A stretch of 64,000 nt of DNA from Octopus vulgaris (GCA_951406725.2 OX597820.1:113894001-113958000); one strand, 5' to 3'; numbered from the stretch's first letter, positions 27,112 to 41,291 are shown. Numbers and translations: made by a program. Notes: generated by a model from the sequence alone, not told the origin.

Positions 27112-27478
27112 CTATTTTACTTGTTTCAGTCATTTGACTGTGGCCATGCTGGAGCACCGCCTTTAGTCGAGCAAATCGACCCCAGGACTTATTCTTTGTA
27201 CGCCTTTGCCGAACCGCTAAGTTACGGTGACATAAACACACCAGCATCGGTTGTCAAGCGATGTTAGGGGGGACAAACACAGATACACAAATATATACAC
27301 ATACACATACATATATACGACGGGCTTCTTTCAGTTTCTGTTTACCAAATCCACTCACAAGGCTTTGGTCGACTTGAAGCTATAGTAGAAGACACTTGTC
27401 CAAGGTGCCATGCAATGCGACTGAACCCGGAACCATGTGGTTCATAAACAAGCTACTTACCACACAGCCACTCCTACG
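27112..27478 (-). mobile_element. CORE-like tRNA SINE
   Basis: Reverse complement of the 22030 family. Confidence 0.85.
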
Positions 27479-27723
27479 CTATATATATATATATATATAT
27501 TGTTTACAAGTTTTTTTTCGTTTGTTTGTTTTTGCGTTTTTGATTTGGATTCTCGCCACACAAGAAATCCTAATTTCAACCTAATTAGTTCAGTCAGTTG
27601 CAATTGTCACAGTTTTTGTGGGAGAGGGACTCTAAAATTGGAAGTTCACCAGCTAACTTCCCTACCCACTAATCTTGAGAGGGTTGTGGGGACAAAGTCC
27701 TCTGGCACCTTCTCCTTAATGTT

Positions 27724-27990
27724 CTATCCAACCATCATTACACTTTCTGGCTGGATTCCCAAGTGTAACCCACTGAGATTATGGATATTATCCAACAACC
27801 CCCTTCTTGGTCTACCCCTACGTCTCCTTTTGGTTAACTTGACATGAAGAATCCATCTGGCAATTCTTTCTAACATTCTAATCACATGACTGCAGTGCCT
27901 GCACCGTGACCTCTCAATGCAGAGAAGTAGCAGCTTGACCTGCCAAGACTCCCTGACCTCTGAGCTACACACTTTGTCAAGTAACATTAC
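27724..27990 (-). mobile_element. RTE-clade (Expander/Rex3-like) C-terminal fragment
   Basis: LLLLCIERSR...HVIRM....RRRRGRPR resembles the post-RT region of RTE elements. Confidence 0.55.
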
Positions 27991-28117
27991 TCCAGAAATC
28001 CTTTGGAGGAATTCTTGTATTCACAAATTATTCTGACAAGGCTAAACATTTCAGGTAGGACCTCCAACAGAAAAAAAACAAAAAAACTTTGTAATTTTCT
28101 TTCTTCTCCACATCTCA

Positions 28118-28509
28118 TTCTCTTTTACTTGTTTCAGTCATTTGACTGCGGCCATGCTGGAGCACCGCCTTTAGTCGAGCAACTCGACCCTGGGACTTAT
28201 TCTTTGTAAGCCCAGTACTTATTCTATTGGTCTCTTTTGCCGAACCGCTAAGTTACAAGGACATAAACACACCAGCATCGGTTGTCAAGCAATGATAGGG
28301 GGACAAACACAGACACACAAACATACACGCACACATATATACATACATATATACGACGGACTTCTTTCAGTTTCTGTCTACCAAATCTACTCACAAGGCT
28401 TTGGTTGGCCCAAGGCTATAGTAGAAGACACTTGCCCAAGGAAGTGGGACTGAACCCGGAACCATGTGGTTGGTTAGCAAGCTACTTACCACACAGCCAC
28501 TCCTGCGCC
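28118..28509 (-). mobile_element. CORE-like tRNA SINE
   Basis: Reverse complement of the 22030 family. Confidence 0.85.
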
Positions 28510-29306
28510 TGTATATCTGTTACAACAAATATCTGTAAATTTTAACAGGATTTTTTTTTTAAGGTTGACAGGCAGTATGTGAGTGAATGCAAACTGCTAC
28601 GGTTCGTTAGTGCATTCACTTAATCTCTGTCAGAAATGTGGAAGGCGCACGCGACACAAATTCAGCAACAAGGGAAATAACTCTGCATTTTGTGCGTCAA
28701 AGCTAATCGGAGTTATATTTCCTTAAAGAAACAATGGTATTTAGTATAACAGTCTCAGAATATTTTATTTGTTTCATCTTTGAACTTCAACCATGTTGGG
28801 GCAGTGTTTCAAAGAATTTTAGTCAAACAATTCGACCCCATTACATTTTTTTAAAGCCTGGTATTTATTCTATCAGTTTCTTTTCCTGAACAGCTAAGTT
28901 ACACCGGTTGTCAAGCAGTGGTGGTTAACAAACAGAAAAGTCCAACCATATCCCGGGCAACAGCAATATCTATGCAAATCAGAAACGTCATCCTACTGGG
29001 AACAGCCTCCATACTACAGAGAGCCCTGTCAGTCAAATGATAGCTTCCTTATAGTGCCTCAAGCCCATAGTTTGGCCAGTTAATGGGATATAAAAACTGG
29101 GAGCACAAAGAAAGAAAGCAATGCAGGTATGGCTCTGAGTGGTTAAGAGGTTTTCTTTACAGATGCAGGGTTCTATGTTCAATCCTACCACAAGGTACCT
29201 AGAGAAAGTGTCTCCTATTATATAGCCTCATGTTGACTAATACCACCTTGTAAATGGAATCTGGCAAACAGAATCTGAGCAAAAGCTTGTTGTGAAAGAA
29301 TATATT

Positions 29307-29536
29307 TATTTCTTTACTACACACAAGGGGCTAAACACAGAGAGGACAAACCAGGACAGACAAACGGATTAAGTCGACTATATCGACCCCAGTGCGTAAC
29401 TGGTACTTATTTAATCAACCCCGAAAGGATGAAAGGCAAAGTTGACCTCGGCGTAATTTGAACTTAGAACATAGCGGCAGATGAAATACCGCTAAGCATT
29501 TCGCCCGGCGTGCTAACGTTTCTGCCAGCTCGCCAC
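29307..29536 (-). mobile_element. Nin/Deu-like tRNA SINE, full length
   Basis: Reverse complement of the 20600 family; 21-bp TSD cttgttgtgaaagaatatatt (29286-29306 / 29537-29557). Confidence 0.88.
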
Positions 29537-30223
29537 CTTGTTGTGAAAGAATATATTATCATTTTAATGCCCACTTTTCCATGCCTGCATAGGTAAGAAA
29601 GGCTGAATGCCCTGCCAATTACCAACTCTCGCCTATTTCCAAGCAAGGTATTATTTCCTTACGGCCAGTCATGTTTTTCACAGAAGACTAGATACAAATG
29701 GCATCACTTGTATAACAGTGATACTTGTTTTGAACTATGACATGTCAAGACAAGGAGACACACAAAACACACACAGACAAACAGACATATGACAGCCCTC
29801 TTTCTGGAGCTACAGCAAAAGATGTTTGCCCAAAGCGCCATGCAGTGGGACTGAAACCTGAAACCATATAATTGGGAAATAAACCTCTTAAGAAAATCCA
29901 ATAAGAAATCCAAAATAATTTTGGTGTTTTTGAATGATGTGCATCGTAACATTTGTTCTATAATGAGTTAGACACTCCCTTGTCACCAGTAATTAGTGAC
30001 TGGCCTGATGGAAATCTGTGGCCAATGATATTATAACTCACCAAAAGTGATATAAAATAGAAAGAGAAAATAAGAGGAAGAAAAAAAGGAAGGAAGAAAA
30101 AGGAAAGGAAAAAGAGAAATGAAAGAAAAACATAAAAGAAAAGAAAGCAAAAACAAAAGATAAAGAAAAAATAAAGGAAAAGAGAAAAAGAAATGAAAAG
30201 CAGAGACTTGAGTAATAACTGAC

Positions 30224-30289
30224 CTCTTCTTTGAACCTGTCCGGATGCCATTTTCGAGCAAGATTTCTGTATGCTTTGACAATTTCATT
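30224..30289 (-). CDS. DNAJC25: DNAJC25 homolog, exon 3 (HPD motif)
   Basis: ttttttAG|NEIVKAYRNLARKWHPDRFKEE|GTCAGT; J-domain helix II plus HPD; 66 nt, phase 0-0. Confidence 0.95.
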
Positions 30290-30383
30290 CTAAAAAACAA
30301 AGAAAGAAAAAGGAATAATCAAACATTAATTAAAATTTTAAAAGATATATTTTGCAGATTTATTTCAGATTTAAAAACAGAAA

Positions 30384-30774
30384 TCTTTATATATAAAAGT
30401 AAGGTTGTGTGCTGTCTGTCTCTTACGATTTAGATTCCTAACTACTCCCACATTTTGCGGTGAAGTTTATCTTATAGTCGTGATTCATATCGAGCCCTTC
30501 TGGGTATTAGCGCACGTCTACGATGAGTCTACGATTTAAAAAAAAATTTACCATCAATTTTTTCCATTTTTAATGCATTTTTTTCGCTATTATATAAGGG
30601 AAGTAACTCTCTAAAAATTTATTATTAAATCTCAGAACGTAAAAAGCTATAGTAACACCCCCCTTTGTGGTTAGCCATATTGAGATGGCTATTATACTTT
30701 ACAATTCTAAAAATGCTTATATAGTTATTTCCCTTACAAACCCGAGCAACGACGGGCGATACAGTACTGCTTAG
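30384..30774 (+). mobile_element. Non-autonomous Helitron-like element
   Basis: Homologous to 24246..24634; hairpin cccgagcaacgacggg, end ..cttag. Confidence 0.72.
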
Positions 30775-33700
30775 TTTTAAAAAATAACTCACCACTTCTT
30801 CACACTTAACTAGTTATTTATTAATTACATTCACCTCAACCCCCATCTGGACCAATGTGAAATAAAGTGTTTTGCTCAAGAACACAACACGTCACCCAGT
30901 CCAGGAATCAAAACCACAATTTTACGGTGGGGAGTCCCAACACCCTAACCACTAAGCCACACACTTCCACTTGGGATGCATGAGTGGACAACTTGAAAGT
31001 ATTACCAACTTATATCTGAACACTTTGTGCCATACAAAAATACTGGCAGAAAGAGTATAGCAGCATTGCCATGGGGGAGGAAGATCTAATATTACAGACT
31101 GAGTCCTTTAATGAAAAGTTGAGAGAAAAGAAATAAAAGTTCTACATCCTCTGTGTTTGAGAAACAGGCTGCAAATGATGGGGAACATAAGACAACAGGA
31201 GCTTCAGCATGTAGTAGGAGAGAGAAACTTGGTGAGAGAGTGAGTGAAGTGTGCATGTGTATGTGAGTGTAACAGGGCAGACTTTTTGAATCACAGGTGC
31301 AACCCAACCAATGAGCTTTAAGACAAATCTTGAATCAGCCCATGGCTGTTTTAGAAGATCATTTCTAAAGTGTTGCATAGTATGTTTGAACTCTGAGCTT
31401 CATGACATGTGAAGTGAAATTTTTAGCTCTTCATCCATGTCTGCATTCATACACACAATGAATGATTGTTTATATGCATATAAATATGTATCATCATCAT
31501 TTTTATGTCCCCATTCCACACTGACATGGGTTGAACAAATCACCACAGTTTGAGTCAATACACATTGAGAAGCAGGTGCTACTCATCAAGCCAGTTTGAC
31601 TGCATCTCACTTCTGGGCCTCATTTTGGACTTGATTGGACACTCTACCTGACACCTTAATAGCATATACAAGGTGATTTTTTTCAGAGATACCATCACTA
31701 GAGAGGTGTCATATCTTCAACAAGACTATAGGGTCCTCTCAACTACACACTTCACAGATCATATTGGGTACATATTTCATGGAATCAGCATTAGAGAGAG
31801 AGAGCCATGTCTCTGATATGACCAGATTTGTTTGCTTTGAAGACTAAGGATCGACCTCTGCCAATTTCCTCTCCGAGGCAGACTTGGGCAAAGTGGTTTA
31901 TGGATGATTATCAGTAGCCAATATAAGTTTCCTCTCTTCTTGCAATAGATATTGACCAGAAGGAAGAATAACGACCAATAACAACTTGGCTCTAGCAGTG
32001 GTACTGCAGATGTAACCGTCAGAACACAGAGCTAGAACAAACACTACAAGGTATTCCACCTGACATTCTAACACTTCTTCCAATCCACTGCCTCGGATTG
32101 GCACTTTATTTAACAATTCTGAGAGGATTCCTACTACCATAGGTGCAAAGCTTCAAATTTTTCAGTGAGGGGAAAGTCAAAAAAACACTGAACTCAAAGC
32201 TCAACTGGTACTTATCTTATTGATCCTCAAAGAATGAGAAGCAAAAGCAACTTCAGCAGTGACAACTAATCAAAATACAACATTGTTTTCTGTTATCTAT
32301 ATTCCAATGATGGAGTGTATCTGTTGAAAACCACCTCCTTTCTCAAAAGAAGATTTCAAATAACTAATGCAGAAGAGAATATGCATATAAGATTTCTGCC
32401 TATCAAATTCAACCTGGGCCTACAGGAGAAGATACTTGCCAAAGATGCCATGCAATGCGACTGAACCCTAAATCACTTAACAGTGAAGCAGCCAAGCCTG
32501 CAATTATTATAAAGATAAATCACAAGGGGCTTCTATGGGTTAGTACTTCCACTTTCTCAGCATGAAGAAAATCAGATTTAAATCTCCAGCAGGGTGTGCT
32601 GTCAGTCATTCTCAAGCAACATTCCAAAGAAATTTACTTTTTACAACAAAATAAACTGAAATATATACACTTAAACGCCAACAAAATAAAACACCTTCAG
32701 TAGATATAAACTTACGAACTATGAGCTACAATCACTGTACTATAACCATTTCCCCACTTTTACTTCTACAAATCTCATCCAAAACTGGTGGTTGAATGCT
32801 CTATGCAGCCAATTTCTACATTTAGTATTACAAGTAGTATATGACTGGCTCCCATGCCAGGCCAGCTGTAACAAAATCACAAAGCATGGCCTATATGCCA
32901 CAGGCTTCTCTTCCCAGACAATTTTCCACTCTGCGGTGGTAGGCCCCTCACCTGGGATTTCTCCAGTTGCAACATAGTGTGTTCAGCTACCAGCCCAGAC
33001 TCGGCTGGTCATCAGGCTAGAAAAGCAAGCTGTCAAACTATTGGTCACTCTCTCGTAGGCTTATAGTTGAGCCTGTGACAGTAGAGACTTCTAGCATCCT
33101 CATCCCTGGACCATATCTCTGCTCACCACTATCAGAGTGGAGATGCCTAGCCATAAGTGCATGACCCATGAGTCAGAATGGCTGTTCCAGCACATCTCCT
33201 TCACCATCCTCTGACACAATACTTTCACCATTTTGTTTACTGGGGCCATCAGGTGATCTGAATTGCAGAACATTAAAAGAATGTAAGCATTTCATACTGT
33301 TATAAGAAATAACAATTAAGATCATCTGTCTATTTATCAGTCTGCCTAACATATACACCACTGAGTTGGATGAAGAAGAATCAAGCCTCGGAAACATTAT
33401 TGCAGACTCAATCCTACCACTACAATGAAGGATCAACAGTGCCAGAGGTGGGGAAATTGTTTAGTACCTGGGGTAACATGTAAGTGCATGAAAAAACTGT
33501 AAGGACAAAACATAATGAATGTCTAATTTTACAAATTCATAGGAATGCATGCAATCACATGAAGCATCATTAATTAAAATGCTATTCTGGATTAATTTAA
33601 TTAACGAACAAATAGTTTCAAACTAGAATGCAGGAAATTTCTTGATCATTCCTGCTGTATGGTTAGATTGATCTGACATAAACAGCAGTCAAATCTACTC

Positions 33701-34129
33701 CAGATCACACCCTACCGTCTAAAACAAATAAAATAAAATAAAAAGATAATATTCCTCTAGGTCTAAATAAATGATGAGATGGTCATGTCTAGAACGTCAT
33801 TGTTCACAACTCTACTCAGCTAGATATGAATTGCAGGTAATCACCAGCAATCCTACCTAATCCTACCCTCACACACACAAAAAACATTTCCAACAAGATC
33901 CTACCAGCACATGCACCATACACCTTCTTAACCCAACCACTACACCACACTACACATCCTCAGATATATCAATAGATACAGTGGCAGGCACATACGCTGA
34001 CAGATGTAAACAATAACAGACATACAGACACAGGCTCAAATGGTACCGAGAGAGAGGAACAGTGGAGATGCACAGGCATACAGACCGTCACCGACACTGC
34101 CAAGAACTTGCACTTAATGTAACACATTC

Positions 34130-34170
34130 AAAATGTGTGTGTATGCACATGCACACACAAACATATACAT

Positions 34171-34201
<31 letters not shown>

Positions 34202-34512
34202 CACACATATATATTTATATATATACACACACACACACATATATATACATACACACAGACACACACATATATATACATACACATTCATACATCCATGCAT
34301 ACATATATATACATATATACACACACATATCCATGCATATATACATACATATATACGTGTATATATATATACATATATATATATATACATACACACTCAC
34401 ATATAGATACATATATATACACACACACATATATACATACATACACACACACAGATATATATGATATACATATATGTTTGTGTGTGTGTGTATATATATA
34501 TACACATATCCA

Positions 34513-34558
<46 letters not shown>

Positions 34559-34590
34559 CACACATACATATATACATATGTATGTATCAT
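34130..34590. repeat. Compound TA/CA microsatellite
   Basis: Low-complexity tract. Confidence 0.95.
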
Positions 34591-35859
34591 CATCATCGTT
34601 TAACGTCCATTTTCGATGCTAGCATGGGTTGGACAGTTCAACCAGGGTCTGGGAACCGAGGAGGCTGCACAAGGTTCCAGTCTGATCTAGCAGTGTTTCT
34701 AAAGCTCAATGCCCTTCCTAATGCCAACCACTCCGTGAGCGTAGTGGGTGCTTTTTATGTGCCGGTGGCACGTAAAATCGTGTATTATAATATTTATATG
34801 TACATGTGTGTGTGTACATATGTACATATAAACATGTACATATATATATTATATTACATGATCGGCAGTATAACACTGGAAGAAATTATGTACCAGCAAA
34901 CTGTATGTACATGCATGCATATGTGTATATAAATTAATGCAAACATACACATATAGATACATAAAAACTCACACATATCAACAAACATATCTATACACAC
35001 ACACATTAATATGTATGTATAATATACATACACACACACACACACATATATATATAGATGCTTATACATGCATATGTATATACATTCATACATACAAGTG
35101 CAAAGCATTGTTCTTTCTTTGGTTTTGTGCTCACACATTTATTTCTAATTTGCATTTTACTGGCTTCGTTAAACACTAATTATCACATTGCTTCAAATTA
35201 GCTATATGTGTATAAACAAACATACACGTGGAGGGAGGTTGGTTAAATATGTTGTTTAGCATAAAATCTTGTGTGCACATGCATGCATTACATGTGCTTA
35301 TATGTGTATGTGTATATATTTACATGTGTGTTTATACGCATTTGCATTGTGTGTATGTGTATATACATGTGTATGTGTATACATGTGTGTATATAGATAT
35401 GCACGTGTGTGAGAGTATGTGAATGATATTGTTGATTTATATCTATTCACATACACACATGAGCAATAGAACAAACTTATAAACATATACACAGACACAT
35501 CAAGTTGTATACACACTGTGTGTATAATGAAACAGTCAGAAGGATTCCAAGCAAGAGATAACATTGTGCCAGACAACAAGTGGAAGCCACAGGAGGAGCA
35601 GATAAACTTGCATATATTACAGAAACAAAAGTGTTGAGTTTGAAATGGTAAAATGCTTTCTAGTTGGTGGCCCAAAAGAGCAGAGTTCAAATCATTCTGT
35701 AGTCAATTCTATCATTCAATCTTCAGACGATGTTTATTTTTTTTTTCTCTTTTTTTTTCTGTTTTCATCATAATTGATTGCAGAAAGGGTGAGGTGATGA
35801 TCTATGGTGCAAAGAATTATTACATTGATGGGTATATATATATATATATATATATATAT

Positions 35860-36259
35860 ACTCTTTTACTTGTTTCAGTCATTTGACTGCAGCCATGCTG
35901 GAGCACCGCCTTTAGTCGAGCAAATCGACCCCGAGACTTATTCTTTGTAAGCCCAGTACTTATTCTATCGGTCTCTTTTGCCGAACCGCTAAGTTACGGA
36001 GACGTATACACCAGCATCGGTTGTCAAGCAATGCTAGGGGGACAAACACAGACACACACACATATACACACACATACATATATATATACATATATACGAC
36101 AGGCTTCTTTCAGTTTCCGTCTACCAAATCCACTCACAAGGCTTTGGTCGGCCCGAGGCTATAGCAGAAGACACTTTCCCAAGATGCCACACAGTGGGAC
36201 TGAATCCGGAACCATGTGGTTCGTATGCAAGTTACTTACCACACAGCCACTCCTGCGCC
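35860..36259 (-). mobile_element. CORE-like tRNA SINE
   Basis: Reverse complement of the 22030 family. Confidence 0.85.
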
Positions 36260-36811
36260 AATATATACATATATATATATTCTTTTATTCCTTTATTTGT
36301 TTCAGTCATTTGACTGTGGCCATGCTGGAGTTTAATATTGGTTTCAAATTTTGGCACAAGGCCAGCAAGTTTGGGAGTGGGGTTAGGTCAATTACATCAA
36401 CCCCAGTGTTCAACTAGTACTTTATCTTTTCAACCCTGAAAGGATGAAAGGCAAAGTCGACCTTGGTAGAATTTGAACCCAGAATATAAAGACAGATGAA
36501 ATGCCACTAAAACTGTCTCTTTCTATATTTTATGATTACATTGTCTAATATGTTCTTTTCCTTTTAGGATGATGTGATTCAAAAGGATTTATCGGTTATT
36601 TGTAAAAGATCAGGTGATTACAGTAAGACTCTTTCATTGGCTGATGGTAAGTCTGTTTGTTGTAGATAATGGGACAGAGTTGGTCTAGAGGAGCAGAGGA
36701 CAATGCAGTGGTGGTAAAGACAGAGAGAGGAGACTGCTCAGCACTGAGAAGGCAGTTATGGTGTGTGGAGTAAAGGTGTTTGTCCAAACAATATGGGGTG
36801 GTGAGGAAAGA

Positions 36812-36844
<33 letters not shown>

Positions 36845-38350
36845 CAGCTTGAACAAGTAGACCTAATATGATCAAACATATTTCAGTCAACCATTCCAAG
36901 CTTTATTTCAAACACTATGGTATCTTGGACTACATTATGCAATGTAGCCCTTCCTAAATTTAAGGTCCGTTTCCCATGCTGGCATGAGTTGGACGTTTTG
37001 ACAGGAGCTAAAACCAGAGGGATGTGCAGAGCTCTACTGTCTGCTTTGGCATGGCTTCTACAGCTAAATGCCCTTCCTAATACCAACCAATTCACAGAGT
37101 GTACTAGGTGCTTTCTACATGACACCAACATTGATGGGAGTCACCAAGTAACTTCTAAGTCAAATACCCCTCAACAAGGAAGAGCAGAGGTATTGAGGGA
37201 GGAGGCTTTGTTGATGAGAGATTAAGTATAATGGGATACAGATACAGGTCTTGCCATAGAAGCGATGATGTTCCAAATACAGCTTTACTCTTGATATCAG
37301 AATGTCTAAGCCAGCCCCTGGTTCTACGAAACAAACTTCCTGTTTTAAAATGATCTAATTTAAAACCTGCCATCAAAATGTCATGCAAAGTTTTAAACAC
37401 CAGTAAAAAATGATAAAATTATTTTACTAAATTCTTCCTTATATAATTAAAAAAATTGAAGTAGAAATATAGTAAGGAAAGGATTGATAATGACAAAGCT
37501 ATTTTGATAAATTCTTCATTATTTTAGAAAAAATTAGAAGAAAATTAATAAAAAAAGAAGCAAAATATAATTAAATGTCTTTCTCTTTCCTTTTGGTATC
37601 TGATCAATTTTCTCGGTAAAATCTGTTTCTTTTTTTGTAACACACAGATTATATTAAACCAGTGCCATCTGAGCCAACAAAAGAACCTATATGTAGTCAC
37701 TCAACCTATTAAAACTAGCAGCTAAACTGTCCTCAAACCGTAACTACTGTCTCAGAAAAATACACTTTGAATAATGTAACCTGCAGGTAAAAAACAGGAT
37801 GGTCATATCGGGAATGCTTTTGAGTCATAGGTTTGCTCAATTAGGACTGACCTACAACAACCATCCCCACAAATAACAATGAGCCAATAAGGAGCCTCTA
37901 CATGACCAGAAATAACAGCCAAATTTTTGTCAAATAAAACCTTATCTCACAAAACAAGTTATAGCTCAATCAGAGCTGAACTAGGGGTAAACAAAATTTA
38001 CCATCGCCATCTACTGGTGCCAGCCAAATCTAATCCAAATTACTCTCTACTATTTCAAAAGAGGAAGGATACATTGGATTAATGTGAACCTAAGTGCACA
38101 CTGCCTGAGAAATACACAGTATGGACATGGATGGAATGCCTTTAACCATAGATCTGCTCCATCAAAAATAACTTAACTTGAAGCTAAAAACGACCAACAT
38201 CACAAAATGAATGTAAAGACAGACACACATACATACAGGCAGGCAGATAAATGCAAATATATTGTTATAGGAAGAAAGGACTCACAAGAAATGTGAAATT
38301 TGTCCAACCTACATCAGCATAAAAATATGGACACAATTTATATATATATA

Positions 38351-38547
38351 GGTGCAGGAGTGGCTGTGTGGTAAGTAGCTTGCTTACCAACCACATGGTT
38401 CCAGGTTCAGTCCCACTGCGTGGCACCTTGGGCAAGTGTCTTCTACTATACCCGTTGGTTGACCAAAGCCTTGTGAGTGGATTTGGTAGACGGAAACTGA
38501 AAGAAGCCTGTTGTATATATGTGTGTGTATATATATATAATAAAAGA

Positions 38548-38579
<32 letters not shown>

Positions 38580-38692
38580 ATGAATATTTAACATTCTACT
38601 ATTTCATTTTATTTTATTCAATTATAATATATTATCTTATAATATATCATTATAAGATTGTATGTGAAAATCAGACAAGGTAATTCTTTTTA

Positions 38693-38745
<53 letters not shown>

Positions 38746-38965
38746 GTGTGAGTATAAGTTTATGTCTGTATTGCCCCCCCCCCCCCCACATCGCTTGACA
38801 ACCAATGCTGGAGTGTATACGTCTCCGTAACTTAGCGGTTCCGCAAAAGAGACCAAAAGAATAAGTACTAGGCTTACAAAGGATAAGTCCTGGGGTCGAT
38901 TTGCTCGACTAAAGGCGGTGCTCCAGCATGGCCACAGTCAAATGACTGAAAAGAGTAAAAGAGTA
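38351..38965 (+). mobile_element. CORE-like tRNA SINE with expanded/interrupted central TA tract
   Basis: Head at 38351-38520 and tail at 38745-38965, separated by AT-rich sequence. Confidence 0.8.
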
Positions 38966-38980
38966 TATATATATATATAT

Positions 38981-40385
38981 ATCTACCTGAAGGCATTTGT
39001 GATTTGTCTACCTTCCTACCAAAGTTCTAATAAGTAGGAAGGTAGACAAATCACAAACGCCTTCAGGTAGATGGCCCTGCTCGATCTGTAGAAAAGGCGT
39101 AGGTAGAAACTCTCTAAGATGCACCAAGTGTAAGCTATGGACACATAAGAGGTGCAGCAATGTCAAAGGAAGGCTAACTAGGAAGATAGTTTTTGTCTGT
39201 GGCAGATGCTCAGGAGCAATAAACACTGAAAATGTGCAGAGACCATCTTCCGCCACATTCCAGGGAGAAAAACTAGAAATAGTTGATAGCTTCCGTTACC
39301 TAGGTGACCAAGTCAGTAGCAGGGGTGGGTGTGCTGAAAGTGTAGCTGCGAGAGTAAGAATAGCTTGGGCAAAGTTCACAGAGCTCTTACCTCTGCTGGT
39401 GACAAAGGGCCTCTCGCTCAGAGTAAAAGGCAGACTGTATGACGCATGTGTACGAACAGCCATGCTACATGGCAGTGAAACATGGGCCGTGACTGCTGAG
39501 GATATGCGTAAGCTCACAAGAAATGAAGCCAGTATGCTCCGATGGATGTGTAATGTCAGTATTCATACTTGACGGAGTGTAAGTGCCTTGAGAGAAAAGT
39601 TGGACCTAAGAAGCATCAGATGTGGTGTGCAAGAGAGACGTTTGCGCTGGTATGGTCATGTGGCGAGAATGCATGAAGATAGTTGTGCGAAAAAGTGCCA
39701 CACCCTAGCGGTTGAGGGAACCTGTGGAAGAGGCAGACCCAGGAAAACCCGGGACAAGGTGGTGAAGCACGACCTTCGAACTTTAGGTCTCACCGAGGAA
39801 ATGACTAGAGACCGAGACCTTTGGAAGTATGCTGTGCGTGAAAAGACCCAGCAGGACAAGTGAGACCATAACCCGTGGCCTCTACCTGGGATGTAGCCAG
39901 TCCACTTATGCATACCTTTCCTTCTTGGGACACAAAACTCTACTTGTGAAGACCTGTTGAGGCAAGAGAAAATCCAAAATCAAAATCGATCAACATCAAT
40001 GGAAATTGCAGCTGTGATACCAGTGCTGGTGGTACGTAAGAGAACCATCTGAACTTGGCCGTTGCCAGCGCCACCCCAACTGGCCTCGTTCCGGCGGCAC
40101 GTAAAAAGCACCATCCGATCGTGGCTGTTGCTGGCCTCACCTGGCCCCTGTGCCAGTGGCACGTAAAAAGCACCATCCGATCATGGCCGTTTGCCAGCCT
40201 CATCTGGCACATAAAAAGCACCCACTACACTCATGGAGTGGTTGGCGTTAGGAAGGGCATCCAGCCATAGAAACATTGCCAGATCAGACTGGGCCTGGTG
40301 CAGCCTTCTGGTTTCACAGACCCCAGCTGAACCGTCCAACCCATACTAGCATGGAAAGCGGACGCTAAAAGATGATGATGATGAT
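38981..40385 (+). mobile_element. RTE LINE 3' fragment with 5' fold-back
   Basis: PHD insert, FRYLG, RGRPRKT, 3' tail and (GAT)n; the first 39 nt are an inverted copy of 39034..39072. Confidence 0.92.
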
Positions 40386-40739
40386 ATAGATGCAGGAGTG
40401 GCTGTGTGGTAAGTAGCTTGCTTACCAACCACATGTTCTGGGTTCAGTCCTACTGTGTGACACCTAGGGCAAGTACCTTCTACTATAGCCTTAGGCTAAC
40501 CAAAGCCTTGTGAGTGGATTCATTAGACATTGTATGTGTGTATATGTGTTTGTCTCCCACTCTGAGAGTGTAGTGGGTGCTTTTACGTGCACCCGGCACG
40601 GGGCCAGTCAGGCAGTACTGGCAACGACCTCGCTCGAATCTTTTACACGTCACCGGCACAGGTGCCAGTAAGGCGATGCTGGTAACGATCACACTCGAAT
40701 GGTGTCTTTTAAGTGAATAATATTCCTATACTCCATTCA

Positions 40740-41291
40740 CTTCATTGGATGTCTACCTCTTCCACAGGTTCCCTCACTGCTAGGGTGTGGAACTTTTTCA
40801 CACAGCTATCCTCATCCATTCTCACCACATGACCATACCAGTGCAGTCATCTCTCTTGCACACCACATCTGATGCTTCTTAAGTCCAACTTTTCTCTCAA
40901 GATACTTACACTCTGCCGAGTATGAACACTGACATTACACATCCATCGGAGCATACTGGCTTCATTCTTTGCGAGCTTACGCATATCCTCAGCAGTCACA
41001 GGCCATGTTTCACTGCCATGTAGCATGGCTGTTCGTACACATGCGTCATACAGTCTACCTTTTACTCTGAGCAAGAGGCCCTATGTCACCAGCAGAGGTA
41101 AGAGCTCTCTGAACTTTGCCCAAGCTATTCTTATTCTAGCAGCTACACTTTCAGCGCACCCTCCTTCGCTACTGACTTGGTCACCTAGATAACGGAAGCT
41201 ATTAACTACTTCTAGTTTTTCTCCCTGGAATGTGGCGGAAGTTGGTCTCTGCACATTTTCAGTGTTTATTGCTCCTGAACATCTGCCACAT

